From assembly GCF_038025025.1 (NCBI RefSeq), contig NW_027117349.1:558001-622000 (forward strand): a DNA stretch of 64,000 bases, read 5' to 3'. This document shows positions 11,664 through 23,216 of this stretch, in pieces. A program made the position numbers and the translations under genes. The notes below the pieces were generated by a model, which was not told where the DNA came from, ran no database searches, and saw only the letters and a program-made list of their open reading frames with translations. The DNA is from Phyllosticta citribraziliensis. Lineage: Eukaryota. Each line of letters starts with the position of its first letter. The first letter of the stretch is position 1.

Positions 11664-14600
11664 ATGGCCCAAACCAATGACGCCACGACTCCAGGTGTGT
11701 ATTTTTCCCAGCAATTCCACCTCGTCGCGTGCTCAATTCTATCGTGCACAATCTCTACTCCCGTGCACACATGCTGACCGACCTAGCCAACTCCGAGCCG
11801 ACCCTCACCGAAAACCAAATCAACGGAGATGCTGTCGCGGAACAAAACGGAGACCACGCGCAAGCCGACGGCAGTGACCAGCCGGTCGAGAGTATGTCCA
11901 TACCGCAGCTCGGGCACAGCTTGTCTCGCTTTTGGGCTGCCGCTAATCTTGATAACCAGCCGTCTTCACGCTCAACGTGAAGCTTCCCCACGAGCCTTTC
12001 AAGACCCAAGTCATCGTGAGTATCCTGCGCAAACGCCGTGTGCCACCTGCCGCCAACGCTGACTGTACAAGGCCTCGTCACAAGAGCAAGTCCAGGAGCT
12101 GCGTCAATCCATCATCGACACCCCGCAAACCTTCCAGTACTCGTGCTTCCACCTCGAACACAATGGCGAACGCATCAACGACTTCGTCGAGCTTTCCGAG
12201 GTTCCTAGCATTGGCCACGAGTCCGAGCTTACACTTGTCGAGGACCCATACACGGAGAAGGAGGCCAGGATGCACTTTGTCCGGGTGCGGGAACTCATCG
12301 GTGCCGCAGGGAACAGGACCGACACTGCCTACGGTGTGACAGCTGGCGTGTCCCTGCTTCACGATGTGGCGCAAAAATACCCCTCCGGCGGCCAGAGCGC
12401 GCCTGCCAAGGGCGAGGCAAAAGCTGAAAAGACGCCTTTGGATGAGTATAGCTTCGAGTCATCTGCATCGATCCAGACTCTGCTCCCTCAGGTCCAGGAG
12501 CCGGCTCCGAAGACGGTCAAGGCCATTTCGCTGTCCCCCTGGAACCCCCCGCCCTACCATCTCCGCCAAAAGGGCCACTTGCTGTATCTCCAGGTCACCA
12601 CCAACGAGGGCGAGCAGTACCAGCTCACCTCGCACGTATCTGGCTTCTACGTGAACAAGTCGACGAACAACAAGTTTGATCCTTTCCCGAGGACCGCGCC
12701 CAAGGCCATCGCTGCTCACTCCTTGCTCACCCTACTCTCCAAGCTCTCTCCGTCGTTCAAAGACTTGTTCCAGGCGCTTCTCGAGTACAACAATGCCAAG
12801 GACCCTCTGGCCATGTTCCAGCTTTCGAACGCGATCCCAGCAAGCCCATGGCTTGTCCCGCCGCCCTCGAGTGCTGCCAACACCCACCAGGCAGACATTG
12901 CTCGCACGCAAGAAAACTACCTCGTCTCTGGCCTCGAAAACACGGATAGTCTTCGTGATTGGAACGAAGAGTTTCAGTCGACCAGGGAACTGCCGCGGGA
13001 GACGGTTCAGGACCGCGTTTTCCGCGAGCGCCTGACGTCAAAGCTGTTTGCTGACTACAACGAGGCCGCTGTACGTGGTGCTGTTTTGGTCGCGCGTGGT
13101 GAGGTGGCTCCTTTGAACCCGACGGAGAGCAAGGATGCCCAGATTTTCGTCTGGAACAACATCTTCTTCTCCTTTGGCGCCGATGGTGTCGGAACCTTTG
13201 CGACCGACGGAGGTGACGAGGCTGCTCGCGTAGCTACGGGCAAGGACGTTCAGGGCGTCAAGGCAGTGAACCAGCTCGACATCAACGGTCTGTTCACCCC
13301 TGGAACCGTAGTGATCGACTACCTCGGCAAGCGTATTGTAGGCCAGAGCGTCGTCCCAGGTATCTTCAAGCAGAGGGAGCCCGGTGAGCACCAGATTGAC
13401 TACGGTGGAGTTGAGGGCAAGGATGTTGTTGCCGAGAACGAGGCATTTGCCCCTCTGTTCGCCGAAATGTCCAAGGCTCTGCGTGTGAAGAAGCATGCCG
13501 TTTGGGACAAGGAGAACAAGCGCCACGAGCTCGAGGGAAGTGTCGAGACCAAGGGACTCCTGGGCACCGATGGCCGCAAGTACGCCCTGGATTTGTACAG
13601 GATCTCTCCTCTTGACATTGCATGGCTTGAGCAGTACTGGCAGGAACCGACCGAGACCGAAAAGGAGAAAGCCAAGAACTACCCTCACCGCATGGCTGTT
13701 CTTCGCCCAGAACTTGTAGAGTCTTATGGTCGCGTCAAGCTTCGGGAGTACATTAGGATCGAGTTGGAGAAGCGTGCTAAGGCCAAGGAAGCTGCTAAAG
13801 CTGAAGAGAAGCCGGAGGAGAAGTCGGAGAAGCCCAAAGACGGTGATGAATCCCAGATCGATCAGCCCGAGAAGAAGGAGCCCGAACAGGACCGCGTCGA
13901 TATCTCTGGCTTCCACTTCGCCTTGAACCCCGACGTTTTCACCGGCCAAGTTCCCCAAACGGACGAGGAGAAGGAGGAGTACGCTCGGGACGAGTCGGAT
14001 GTTCGCGCTGCATGCCAGCACCTGGCTGATGAAGTTATTCCTCGCCTGGTCCACGACCTGCAGGAGGGTGATGTCGGCTTCCCGATGGATGGCCAGTCTT
14101 TGACCAGCCTGCTGCACAAGCGCGGTATCAACATCAGATACCTTGGAAAGGTTGCCTCGATGTCGGACAAAGATGAGCCCCGACTCAAGGCGCTCAGGCG
14201 CCTGGCAATCCAAGAAATGATTGCGCGTGGCTTCAAGCATGTTGCGAACGAGAAGATCCGCTACCTGCCTTCGCCATTCATTGGTGCTGCTGTCGCTCAC
14301 CTTCTCAATTGTCTTCTTGGTGGCGAGCTGAACGCCAACCCTACGGCCGAGATTGACGCCGACTTGAGGGCTCTGTACGCCGACGCCGACTTTGGCTTCG
14401 AGCAAGTGACTCCCGAGTCGCTCAAGCAAGCTGTTGTCGACGAGGTCTTCACCAGGTTCCGCTTTGAGATTGGCAACAACTGGATTGAGGCCGGCAAGCA
14501 GTTCCAGATCCTGCGTGAAGTCTCTCTCAAGCTTGGTATTCAGCTCGAGGCCAAGGACTACGCTTTCTCCAAGGAGCAGGCTGCCAACGGAACCAAGATC

Positions 14601-15788
14601 ACCATTCCCGAGGCAAAGCCTGCCACCAATGGCCACTCTAGCAAGAACAAGAAGAAGAAGGGCGGTGAAAAGTCCCCCTCTCCTTCTGTTACCCCTGCTA
14701 CGCCTGCTCAGACTGTCACATTCCGCCCCGATGACGTCCAGAACGTCGTTCCCATTGTCAAGGAAGCATCACCTAGGGTATGTTGCCCCCAACAAAGTAG
14801 ATGAACGCTGTGCTGACTTTTGATTTAGAGTACGCTTGCGGATGAGGCTCTCGAGGCCGGTCGCATTTCGATTTCGCAGGACCAGAAGGAACTTGGCCAA
14901 GAGCTTTTGCTCGAATCTCTGTCTCTGCACGAGCAGATCTACGGTGTCCTCCACCCCGAGGTCGCCCGCGTCTACCACCAGCTTTCCACCCTTCTCTACA
15001 GTCTCGAGGAAAAGAATGCCGCGGTGGAGCTTGCTCACAAGGCCGTCATTGTTGCCGAGCGCACCCTTGGCGTTGACTCTTCCGAGACGGTCCTGTCTTA
15101 CCTCAACCTGAGTCTATTTGAGCATGCCAATGGCAACACCAAGGAGGCGCTTGGCTATGTCCGCCATGCTCTCGAGCTGTGGAAGGTTATTTATGGCAAC
15201 AACCACCCCGACTCCATCACCACCATCAACAACGCTGCTGTCATGTTGCAAACTTTGAAGCATTACCACGAATCTCGCCTTTGGTTCGAGGCCTGCCTGG
15301 CTGTGAGCGAGGATGTCTCTGGCAAGCAGTCGGTCAACACTGCTACGCTTCTTTTCCAGCTTTCCCAGGCGCTTGCCCTAGACAAGGACATGCACGCGGC
15401 CGTCAACCGCATGCGTGAGTCGTACAACATCTTCAACCAAGTCCTCGGCCCCGAGGACCGCAACACCAAGGAGGCTGAATCATGGCTCGAGCAACTCACG
15501 CAGAGCGCAGTCCTGCACGCCAAGCAGATCAGGGATGTTCAATCTGGCCGCCTTCGCCGCATCCCCTTGACGCCCCGCCAGAACCTGCGCCCTCAACCTC
15601 GCGTTGGTCAGACGGTGTCGGAGGCGACTGGTCGCACCGCATCGAGCTCTGCTGATCCCGATGCCGAGCTGCACAAGAAGAGCATCGAGGAGCTTGTCAA
15701 GTACATCGAGGGCGACAGCCAAAACAAGAGCAGCAAAAAGAAGCAGCAGCAGAAGCCCAGAAGGCCCGGCCGTGCCGGCGGCAACTGA
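11664..15788 (+). CDS. CLU1: Clustered mitochondria protein Clu1/Tif31 (CLU domain + C-terminal TPRs)
   Basis: ATG 11664; introns 11695-11786, 11892-11959, 12016-12071, 14778-14828 join the 844 aa and 293 aa ORFs. Motifs LSPWNPPPYHLRQKGHLLYL, RDWNEEFQSTRELP, GLLGTDGRKYALDLYR, LHKRGINIRYLG, TPR-like HPDSITTINNAA. Confidence 0.95.
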
Positions 15789-16325
15789 GCGCTGTAGCGA
15801 AAAGAGCATGATGGCACCTGGCTATAGAAGCCGGCTCCGTCTATGATTCTCTTGTCATTCGGTTCGCATCATTTTGCCCTCTCTTCGCGTAGATATTGAG
15901 CGGCGGCAGTCTTTTTTCTAGCATTGGTCTTTGTCGCGAGCGGGCTGATGTTTGCTGCCACCACGCATTGGAATGGTCGTTATGGGTATAAAAGTCGGCA
16001 TGATGAGTTGTATCAGCTAAAGAATCGCCACTCTGGTATCGTTTTTTCTTTTCAGACGGAGCAATTGGATGTACAGTATCAGTGTAGAGAGACCAAAAAA
16101 GACCTGTCACGCACTCTTCGGCCAACGAGGAGCAAGAGCTTATGAGGATGGAAGCGTAAGGACCGGTACGGAACTGAAGGGCACCCCGGCACCACGCCCC
16201 GGCACGTGCAGACGGTGCCAAGTGTTGCGTCACTGGCCGGAGCACAGACCACTACCAAAACACAAGCTTGACGCGCTGTCTCTTCCAACGCACCCTGGCT
16301 GTCTCCATCGCGAACATCCATCTCC

Positions 16326-17369
16326 ATGACCCCAAAATACGAGATGGCGCGTGAGAACGCGGTTGCTACAGCTTCTGAGCCACCGACTGGCCCAGCAAAA
16401 CTGCCAGGATACCTCCGTTTCTTGCTGCTCATTCTACTGAGCTCCAGCACCTCGGTTGCGCTCCTCTCTGTTGGATCCGAGTTTCTGGACCCTCAATTGC
16501 GCGCTGTTACGCGCTCTGGCACGGAAGACTTCCACGTCTTGGCCCCATTGGCGTGGAAATTTTCTGAGCTCGCTGTCTGCTGGTTTGGGAACTTTGATGG
16601 TGAGGATCAAGGCGCCCTGTCGGATTCATCATGTGCTAATGCAAGAACAGACATTGACATCCTGTCCCTCAGCGTCCTCACTCACGCTCCCTGGTTCTTC
16701 CTCCTAACTACCTTTTACGAAGTCGCCCCCGGCAGCGCCATTCTCTGCCTCGCCGTCGATGCCATCTCTGTGGCTCTGCCCACGCGGCTCCTTCGACCAC
16801 GCGCCCCGGCGCACAACACAAATGCGCCCCGCGCCGCCGTGCCCAACCGCAGCATCATAAACGACTTTCAGACGCGCGCTGCGACGTCGCTCCTGGCGGC
16901 TGCCGTCTTCGCCGTCGCGCTCTACACGGCCCTCTCGACGGGCTTCCTGACGCAGCATCTCGTAGCCCACTTTGACGGCATCCCGACGCTCGAGATGGCG
17001 CACGCCGCCAACCTCGTCAACCTGCTCGGCGCCATGCTGCCCCTTGGCTACGCGGCGCGCGAGTTCCTGCTCACGCCCTCACTCGGCGCGCTCGACAACA
17101 CGGCCGATGCTAAGCGCAAGGCGTTCAACCCCGAGACGGCAGGCCTGTGGGAGCACGTCTTGTATAATTTCTGGTGGTACGAGAAGGGGACGCGCGTGCT
17201 GCTGCGGCGAACGGTGACGGTCGTTACCGTGGGCATGGCGCACACGGTCGGCCACTCGGTGTTTGCGCTCGAGGGCGGCAACGCCATAGGCGCGGTTGGC
17301 TTTGGCGGCGTGTGGGCCGCGGCGACGGTTGCGATTGCTGTGCTGTTTGCCTGGGTTGAGGATGTGTGA
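16326..17369 (+). CDS. Multi-pass membrane protein of unknown function
   Basis: 347-codon ORF with about 7-8 hydrophobic segments; contains a 51-nt in-frame intron-like segment 16600-16650 (GTGAGG..CTAAT..CAG). Confidence 0.8.
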   Translation: MTPKYEMARENAVATASEPPTGPAKLPGYLRFLLLILLSSSTSVALLSVGSEFLDPQLRAVTRSGTEDFHVLAPLAWKFSELAVCWFGNFDGEDQGALSDSSCANARTDIDILSLSVLTHAPWFFLLTTFYEVAPGSAILCLAVDAISVALPTRLLRPRAPAHNTNAPRAAVPNRSIINDFQTRAATSLLAAAVFAVALYTALSTGFLTQHLVAHFDGIPTLEMAHAANLVNLLGAMLPLGYAAREFLLTPSLGALDNTADAKRKAFNPETAGLWEHVLYNFWWYEKGTRVLLRRTVTVVTVGMAHTVGHSVFALEGGNAIGAVGFGGVWAAATVAIAVLFAWVEDV

Positions 17370-19805
17370 GGATTGGCTTGATCGACGCATGCTCACGGCT
17401 AGCTGGCCAATTCGGTTCAACTGGATCACGAAGCAGGCGGAAAGACCGAGCAGGTGATGTGCTGCCCTGATTGGGTCCTTTGGCGCAGGTGTGACGGGTT
17501 GAAAGGCGCGTCTATCGTTCTCGGCGTCAAGCGGCGGTATGGAATTGTGATGGGACAGCGGCGTTTACGTCTGTCTGGCGGCTGGATGTTCAGTTGGTTT
17601 GACGGACTGAATTGACTGGATTCGATCTCAAGATTCTCTCCCTCTTTCTATCCCAGAAGTCACTATGTCATTGTCGTAGCTCCCATAAGAAATCCAGTCA
17701 TCACTCAGTCTTCTCAACCGCAAATTTGTTCTCTGGCCTGGTCCGGTCCCTCTACAGTGTGTGTCAAAAGTAAATGGTGACTCCCTGGGTAAATCATCAG
17801 TCGCGGCGATAAACTACATCGCCTGGAGGGCAGCTGTGCTGGTGAACAAATGCTTCAGGAGCGTAGGTAGCTGCAGTGCTGCACGGCAACGTCCCGGATG
17901 CCACCACCACAGCGCTGCAAGATCACCTTCGGTTTCTTTCGATGCCCACCGCATGCACCTCCGCTCAGACCTCTGCTCAGCGGACGGCCTCTTTCCCAGT
18001 CCGTCGGAACCTCGCCAGCTGCCATGGTCATGGAGAGCGATTAAGGAAGACGACAGACAGGCAACTCGGACTCTGCGAGTCACGATGGCACTTTCTTCTA
18101 TTGTGGCTGCATCAAGCCGGTGAGCCGATGGACAGGTACACACGGCACCGTGGCACGTACATACAGTATCAAGACAATCCATTAGCTAACCTAACAACAA
18201 CCATCTCCCTCCAATACTACGACCACCACTACGACTACCACTTCCTACAGACATACATACTCGCGTGCATGCGTTAGAAAAAACGAGGTAAAGTGAGATA
18301 AGAGAAGCAACTTTTAAGAGAAACGGTGAGATGATGATGATGACAATGGTGATGATGATAGGGAAGTCGCCTAGCTTATCGTACACACCTTCTTGTAGTG
18401 AAAAACGTACGCAGTAATGATGATGATGATGGTAAAAGACATTTTCTTCTGTTTTCTTTTTTGTGCGCGTTGCGTCTTTGTGCGGTAGCGACTGGATTTT
18501 TGCCTCTTCCTCCTCCTCTCCTCTTCGCTTGCGACAACGGAAAGTAGACTTGGCACACAACGCTTCAAGGAGCCGTACCGTACCGTTCTGTGCCGTCCCC
18601 ACCTATCCTCGTCATGCCTGCTCCTTTGCTCGTCTTCGTCGTCGTAGTTTTTGCAGCGGCGTCTCGCCGTCGTGCGTCTTGTTGAAAGGTGGAATGCAGG
18701 GATGTAGCACGGCACGATACGGTACGACGCGGTAAGGCGCTTGAAGTCCTTTACTTCGTCGTCTCTTGGAAAGATTTTCGGCCGTGACGTCGTTAATGGG
18801 AAGACTGAAAGAAAACAGTGTAAAAAGGCAGAAAACTCGGATCGAACGCTGATAAGGAATAGATTGATGCGGATTTTGAAGAGATGAAGCAGCTTTCGGT
18901 AGCGACGGTGGGGGCAAGGAGTGACTTGAGTGAGTTGGATAATAAGCAGAGATGACGAACGCCCCAGAAGACGCATGAGATGAGATGAGATGCCGGATTA
19001 ACGCGAGATGGAGAGGGAACAAATGAGAACAGAGAAGACGACTTTGAGAAAATGCACACAGAAACAAGTGGAAGCAGATGCATGGACACAAGGCAAGCAG
19101 TCAAACACGCCGCCCATGTAACAAGGTCGTTGAGCAACGAAGACGATGGAGCAGACGCAACAGTAAGACAAAAACTTTGCAACTCGCTATTTGCATGCCC
19201 AAATTGAGAAAAAGACCGTCAGGAAAATCATGGAACGCTGGGTACCTATCTAGATAAATAACGACAAATTTCCACCGGCTTGCGCTGCGAATATCGACGG
19301 GAAGACAGGCAACCAACCAACCAATCAACAAGCCAGCCAGCCAACCCAATCTAGGTGGTAAGGGGGGTATCATCGATGAGGAGGGGATGAGGGGTATGTG
19401 GGTATGTGGGTGAAGAGATTGATGAGCTGGGAAAGGTGGTGAAGAGATGATGCAAAAAACAGAGATGGAAAAAGGAGAAAGGAGAGAAAAACACGCCCAT
19501 GTCGACGATGGACAAATGGGGCGGTGAAAATGCCCAAGGAAAGATGTCTGCCCGCCCTTCCGAATCTCATGCCCAACGAAAGAGGAAGAACAAGACAATG
19601 ATGTCGGCACGAGTGCAAATGCAAAACGTCGAACCCGTCCAGCCGCAGGAAGCGAAGCGAGAAACAGTCGAGGAACGTACCGCACTCCATCAGTGCAGTG
19701 AACCAGCCGCCGTGAAACCAAAGAGCCGCCGACCCGTCTCTTAACCATTTCAGCCGTTAGTGATCGCACAAACCGAATACACAAAGAGGTACATCTACAG
19801 GGACA

Positions 19806-22198
19806 CTAAATCATGCCGGCCCAACTGTTTGGGTAGCCGCCTTGGTTCAACTGGCGGCCGCCGCCGCTTGCGCTGCCGGCACGACCGACACCGCCGCCGC
19901 CTTGCATGCCGACCAAGTCGGCGTAAGCCTGGTGGTTCTGCTGGTGGTGGTGATGCGGCGAGGGGCTATTGTGGTTGCTGTTTCGCGGGTCCGACATGTC
20001 TACGGCCGAGTCAAATTGCGAATGGTGTCCATGGTGGCCGGCGAAAGATGTGTTCAGCGAGGGATGCTGCTGCTGCTGTGATTCGTGCTTGATATCCGCA
20101 ACGCCATGATTGCCCTCGGGACGAGAGGAAGCAGACCCTGTTGACGAGGGTTGCGCAGTCGGGGTAGTGCTGATGTTTTGGTTGGACAGCTGGGCGAGGG
20201 TTTCCCGGCGGCGCTTGGGTCCGTCTTTTGCTTTTGGATGAGTATGGCACTAGCAAGGAACAATTTGTCAGTATACATGGCCGGCTTGTTGTGTGGTTGG
20301 CCACCATCAGAATGGAGACGGTTTCGCGAGCTACCCGGGCCGGGCAACGCGGAGGTAGGTCTACCGGAGGGAAAGGGTGAAACGTGAAAATGTGACTAAT
20401 TTTGAGGCGGTAGGGCGAATGTGTTTCAAGGCCCAGCCGGGAACCCAAGGCCCGAGCGTTGAACAAGGGGTAGAAATGGTAGGGGTGACCAGGGGGGATA
20501 GAATGGGGAAATACGCACCTTGTAGGCATGCCTGAACCACGTCGTACCCTTTTTCTTGCTGCTGACCAGTGCCACCCATTCGCCACAGGTACCGCATAGG
20601 CCTTCCCAGACATCCAAGTTGCCCTCAGCGCGGCGCGTTTCCTTGGGCCCCTGAAAGGCGGCTCCCGTGTTGGCACTCACACCGTGCGTAAAGGACTTGT
20701 CGTACCAATAGGCACTGTTCTTGAGAACGAGCCAACGCCCTGGTTTGCACAAGCCGCACCATCCTTCGCGCTTGTTGCCGTGTCCCCGCACCCATCGTGG
20801 GGTATACAAGTCACCTTCGAAGCGGAGCTCTTGCTCTTTTGGGACCATGTCCGGATCTGAAGGGTGCATGTCGGACTCGGGTGGGTCGCACGGCTCTTGT
20901 TGGAGGGATTGGTAAAGGTTGGGTGGATCAGAGAAGTCGGCAAAGTGGGCGGAGCAACCACTGTGATGATCGTTGCTTTGGAGCAGGCCGTAGAAGCTCT
21001 GAGACGGCAGTGGGCGCGGTGCGTCGAGCTGAAGTCTTCCCCCGGGAGAGGAAAAGTAGGGGCCATGGGTCGACGGGAGCTGCTGCTGAGACGAGAGCAT
21101 GCCTGGCTGCGGCATGTTCATGACTTGCTGAGGCCACGCAGGCATGGAGTGGTAGCTTTTGTGCGGGTTCAGACGTTGGCTATACATGGCCGAATACCTG
21201 TCCTGCACTTTGCGCCCAGCAGATGCTATAGGGGTCGAAGTTGGCCCAGCAATAGACCAACGGTTCTGGCGAGTGGTGTCCATGCTATAGGGCGAAGATC
21301 GGACACCTCCTTGAGATTGCTGGGGACCTGGGGATGTCTTTCCTCGGCTCACGGTTCGTACGGGGTCATTTCTTTGCGGTGATGTCAATGGGGAGAGGAG
21401 ATTTGACGTGGGATCATAATTGCCCCAATTTTCCATGTCAGAAGCGGCGTAAGAGACACTGTCTGGTTCGGAGTAGTCTTCGTAAGTGCCCATATCGGGC
21501 ATGAAGCCGGTGCTCGAAGTCGAAACGGACGCGCTGGACAGGCGCTGTCTAGGATTTTGCAAGTAATTGGCCGCATTGCCATCGGCGCATTGCCTCAGAT
21601 CGATAATCGGGTTGTTCTCGTCCCCGCCCGCGTACCCAGGGTTGAGATCGGGCATTTCTTGATCCATATTAGGAATGTCCATGTTGCAAGCTTTTTGGCC
21701 CCATGAGTCTGAAAAGGACGTCAGGAGAAAAACAGGCGCATCAACAGGCGACTTACCCGTGTCCATGACAGGTCGTGAGTAGTAGTCTCCAGAGGGCGAT
21801 GGATTGGACCAGCTGTATCTGGGATGATAGACGGGACCATTCATGCTGGCCGGACGTTGGCCAGCGGTCGAGGGGACGTCGAGGGACTGGGCCGAAGTCC
21901 AGCTTGTTCCGCTGATGCTGGATCTGTTCGATGCGGCGGTGACGGCCATGATGTCTGGCTGTGATACGGACCACGTGCTCGAGGGCTGGTAGGGACGCGA
22001 GGCGGGCTCGGAAATGTGTGGCTGTGCGGTGGATTGTTGCACAGAACCGGTACCGTAAGGGTACATGATCTGGTTCGCGTTCCGCGAAGGGTCTTGGACA
22101 AAGACGTAGGGACTGCCATGTGCCGGAACATAACTTTTATAAAATGTCAGAGTCGAGGGTCGGCCACGCGTGATGGAAGACGTACTGGGAAGATGCAT
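19806..22198 (-). CDS. Rua1 C-terminal-domain (DUF4451)/Meu26-like zinc-finger transcription regulator
   Basis: Motif DLYTPRWVRGHGNKREGWCGLCKPGRWLVLKNSAYWYDKSFTHG..EGLCGTC..WFRHAYK; intron 20250-20518 (GTGCGT..TAG) restores ..HAYK|CHTHPK and leads to stop at 19806; second intron 21709-21756. True start codon uncertain (may have another exon near 22300-22380). Confidence 0.8.
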
Positions 22199-23194
22199 TG
22201 AATTCCATTTTTAGGGCCGACGAAGGGAACGAAGGTCAACGGAGGCCGAGGACTAGTTGGCAGGCCAGTTAGGACGACGAACGAATCGAGTAATGCATGA
22301 CACGCATGGGGAGCAAGCCGCCTGAAGGGTGGTTGCGGGCTCGCCGAGGCAAGGGCGAGGAGGGCTCGTGGGGATCATAGGAGTAGACGTACGAATGCAG
22401 CTAAGACAGGCGGGTAGTCGGTATGGCAGGAGGGTCGTGTAGCTGCTGTAGAACGTGGGAGGCCTAGAGAAGGGTGGGTTGTGGTTGTGGTCGTGGTCGT
22501 GGTCGTGGTCGTAGATGATGCCAAAAAAAAAAAAAGAGTGAATGGAGAACGGAAAGTGAGAGACCAGGACCAACTACTCGCTGCCAGCGGCGAGAGATTA
22601 TTAGACAGTAACGAGCGGCGTCGAATGAGAGTAGGGGGGAGGCGGCAAGCAAGCCAAAAGAGCGACAGAGCAGACAGGACAGGACAGGACAGGGCCAAAA
22701 ACGTAGGGCAAGGAAAGCTGGCGGGCAGACAGGGCTATAAGACTTGGGGTCGTGCAAGATGGCGATTGAGGACGAGGGCCGTCTTTTGCTGCCGTCACGA
22801 CCGGCGAGTCGGCGGGCGTCTGCCATCCAGGCGCCTTGGCTATCTCATGTCAGGTCAGGTTTTGCAACGCTGAAGGAGCGCAGCCAGAGGCGGCTGTAGC
22901 ATGAGCCGAAGAGCGCTCCGGCTGCTATACAGAATCGAGCGCGGTGGGCTCGACGGCGGCGACGAAACGAGCCGAAACGGACGTCGTTTCAGGCACAAGT
23001 CGTCTTTGGAGTTGAGGTGACCAAGTGAGAGTGGGTTCGGTGAGAGTTGAAACTGAGGCCGAGAAGCGAGAGGGAGGAGAGCCCGCGACCCCTGCACATC
23101 AACACCACGGGGGGCATCACGACGCGGCGGTGGCGACGACGACAACAACAACCTCTCTTTCTCTTTCCCTCTCTGTCTCTTTTCTCCATCTCTT

Positions 23195-23216
23195 TCTCTC
23201 TCTCTCTCTCTCTCTC
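23195..23216. repeat. (TC)11 microsatellite in a pyrimidine-rich tract
   Basis: Read directly from sequence. Confidence 0.9.

Noticed and set aside
13038..14636. 532 aa minus-strand ORF
   Set aside because: Antisense to CLU1; explained by strong codon bias, no motifs.
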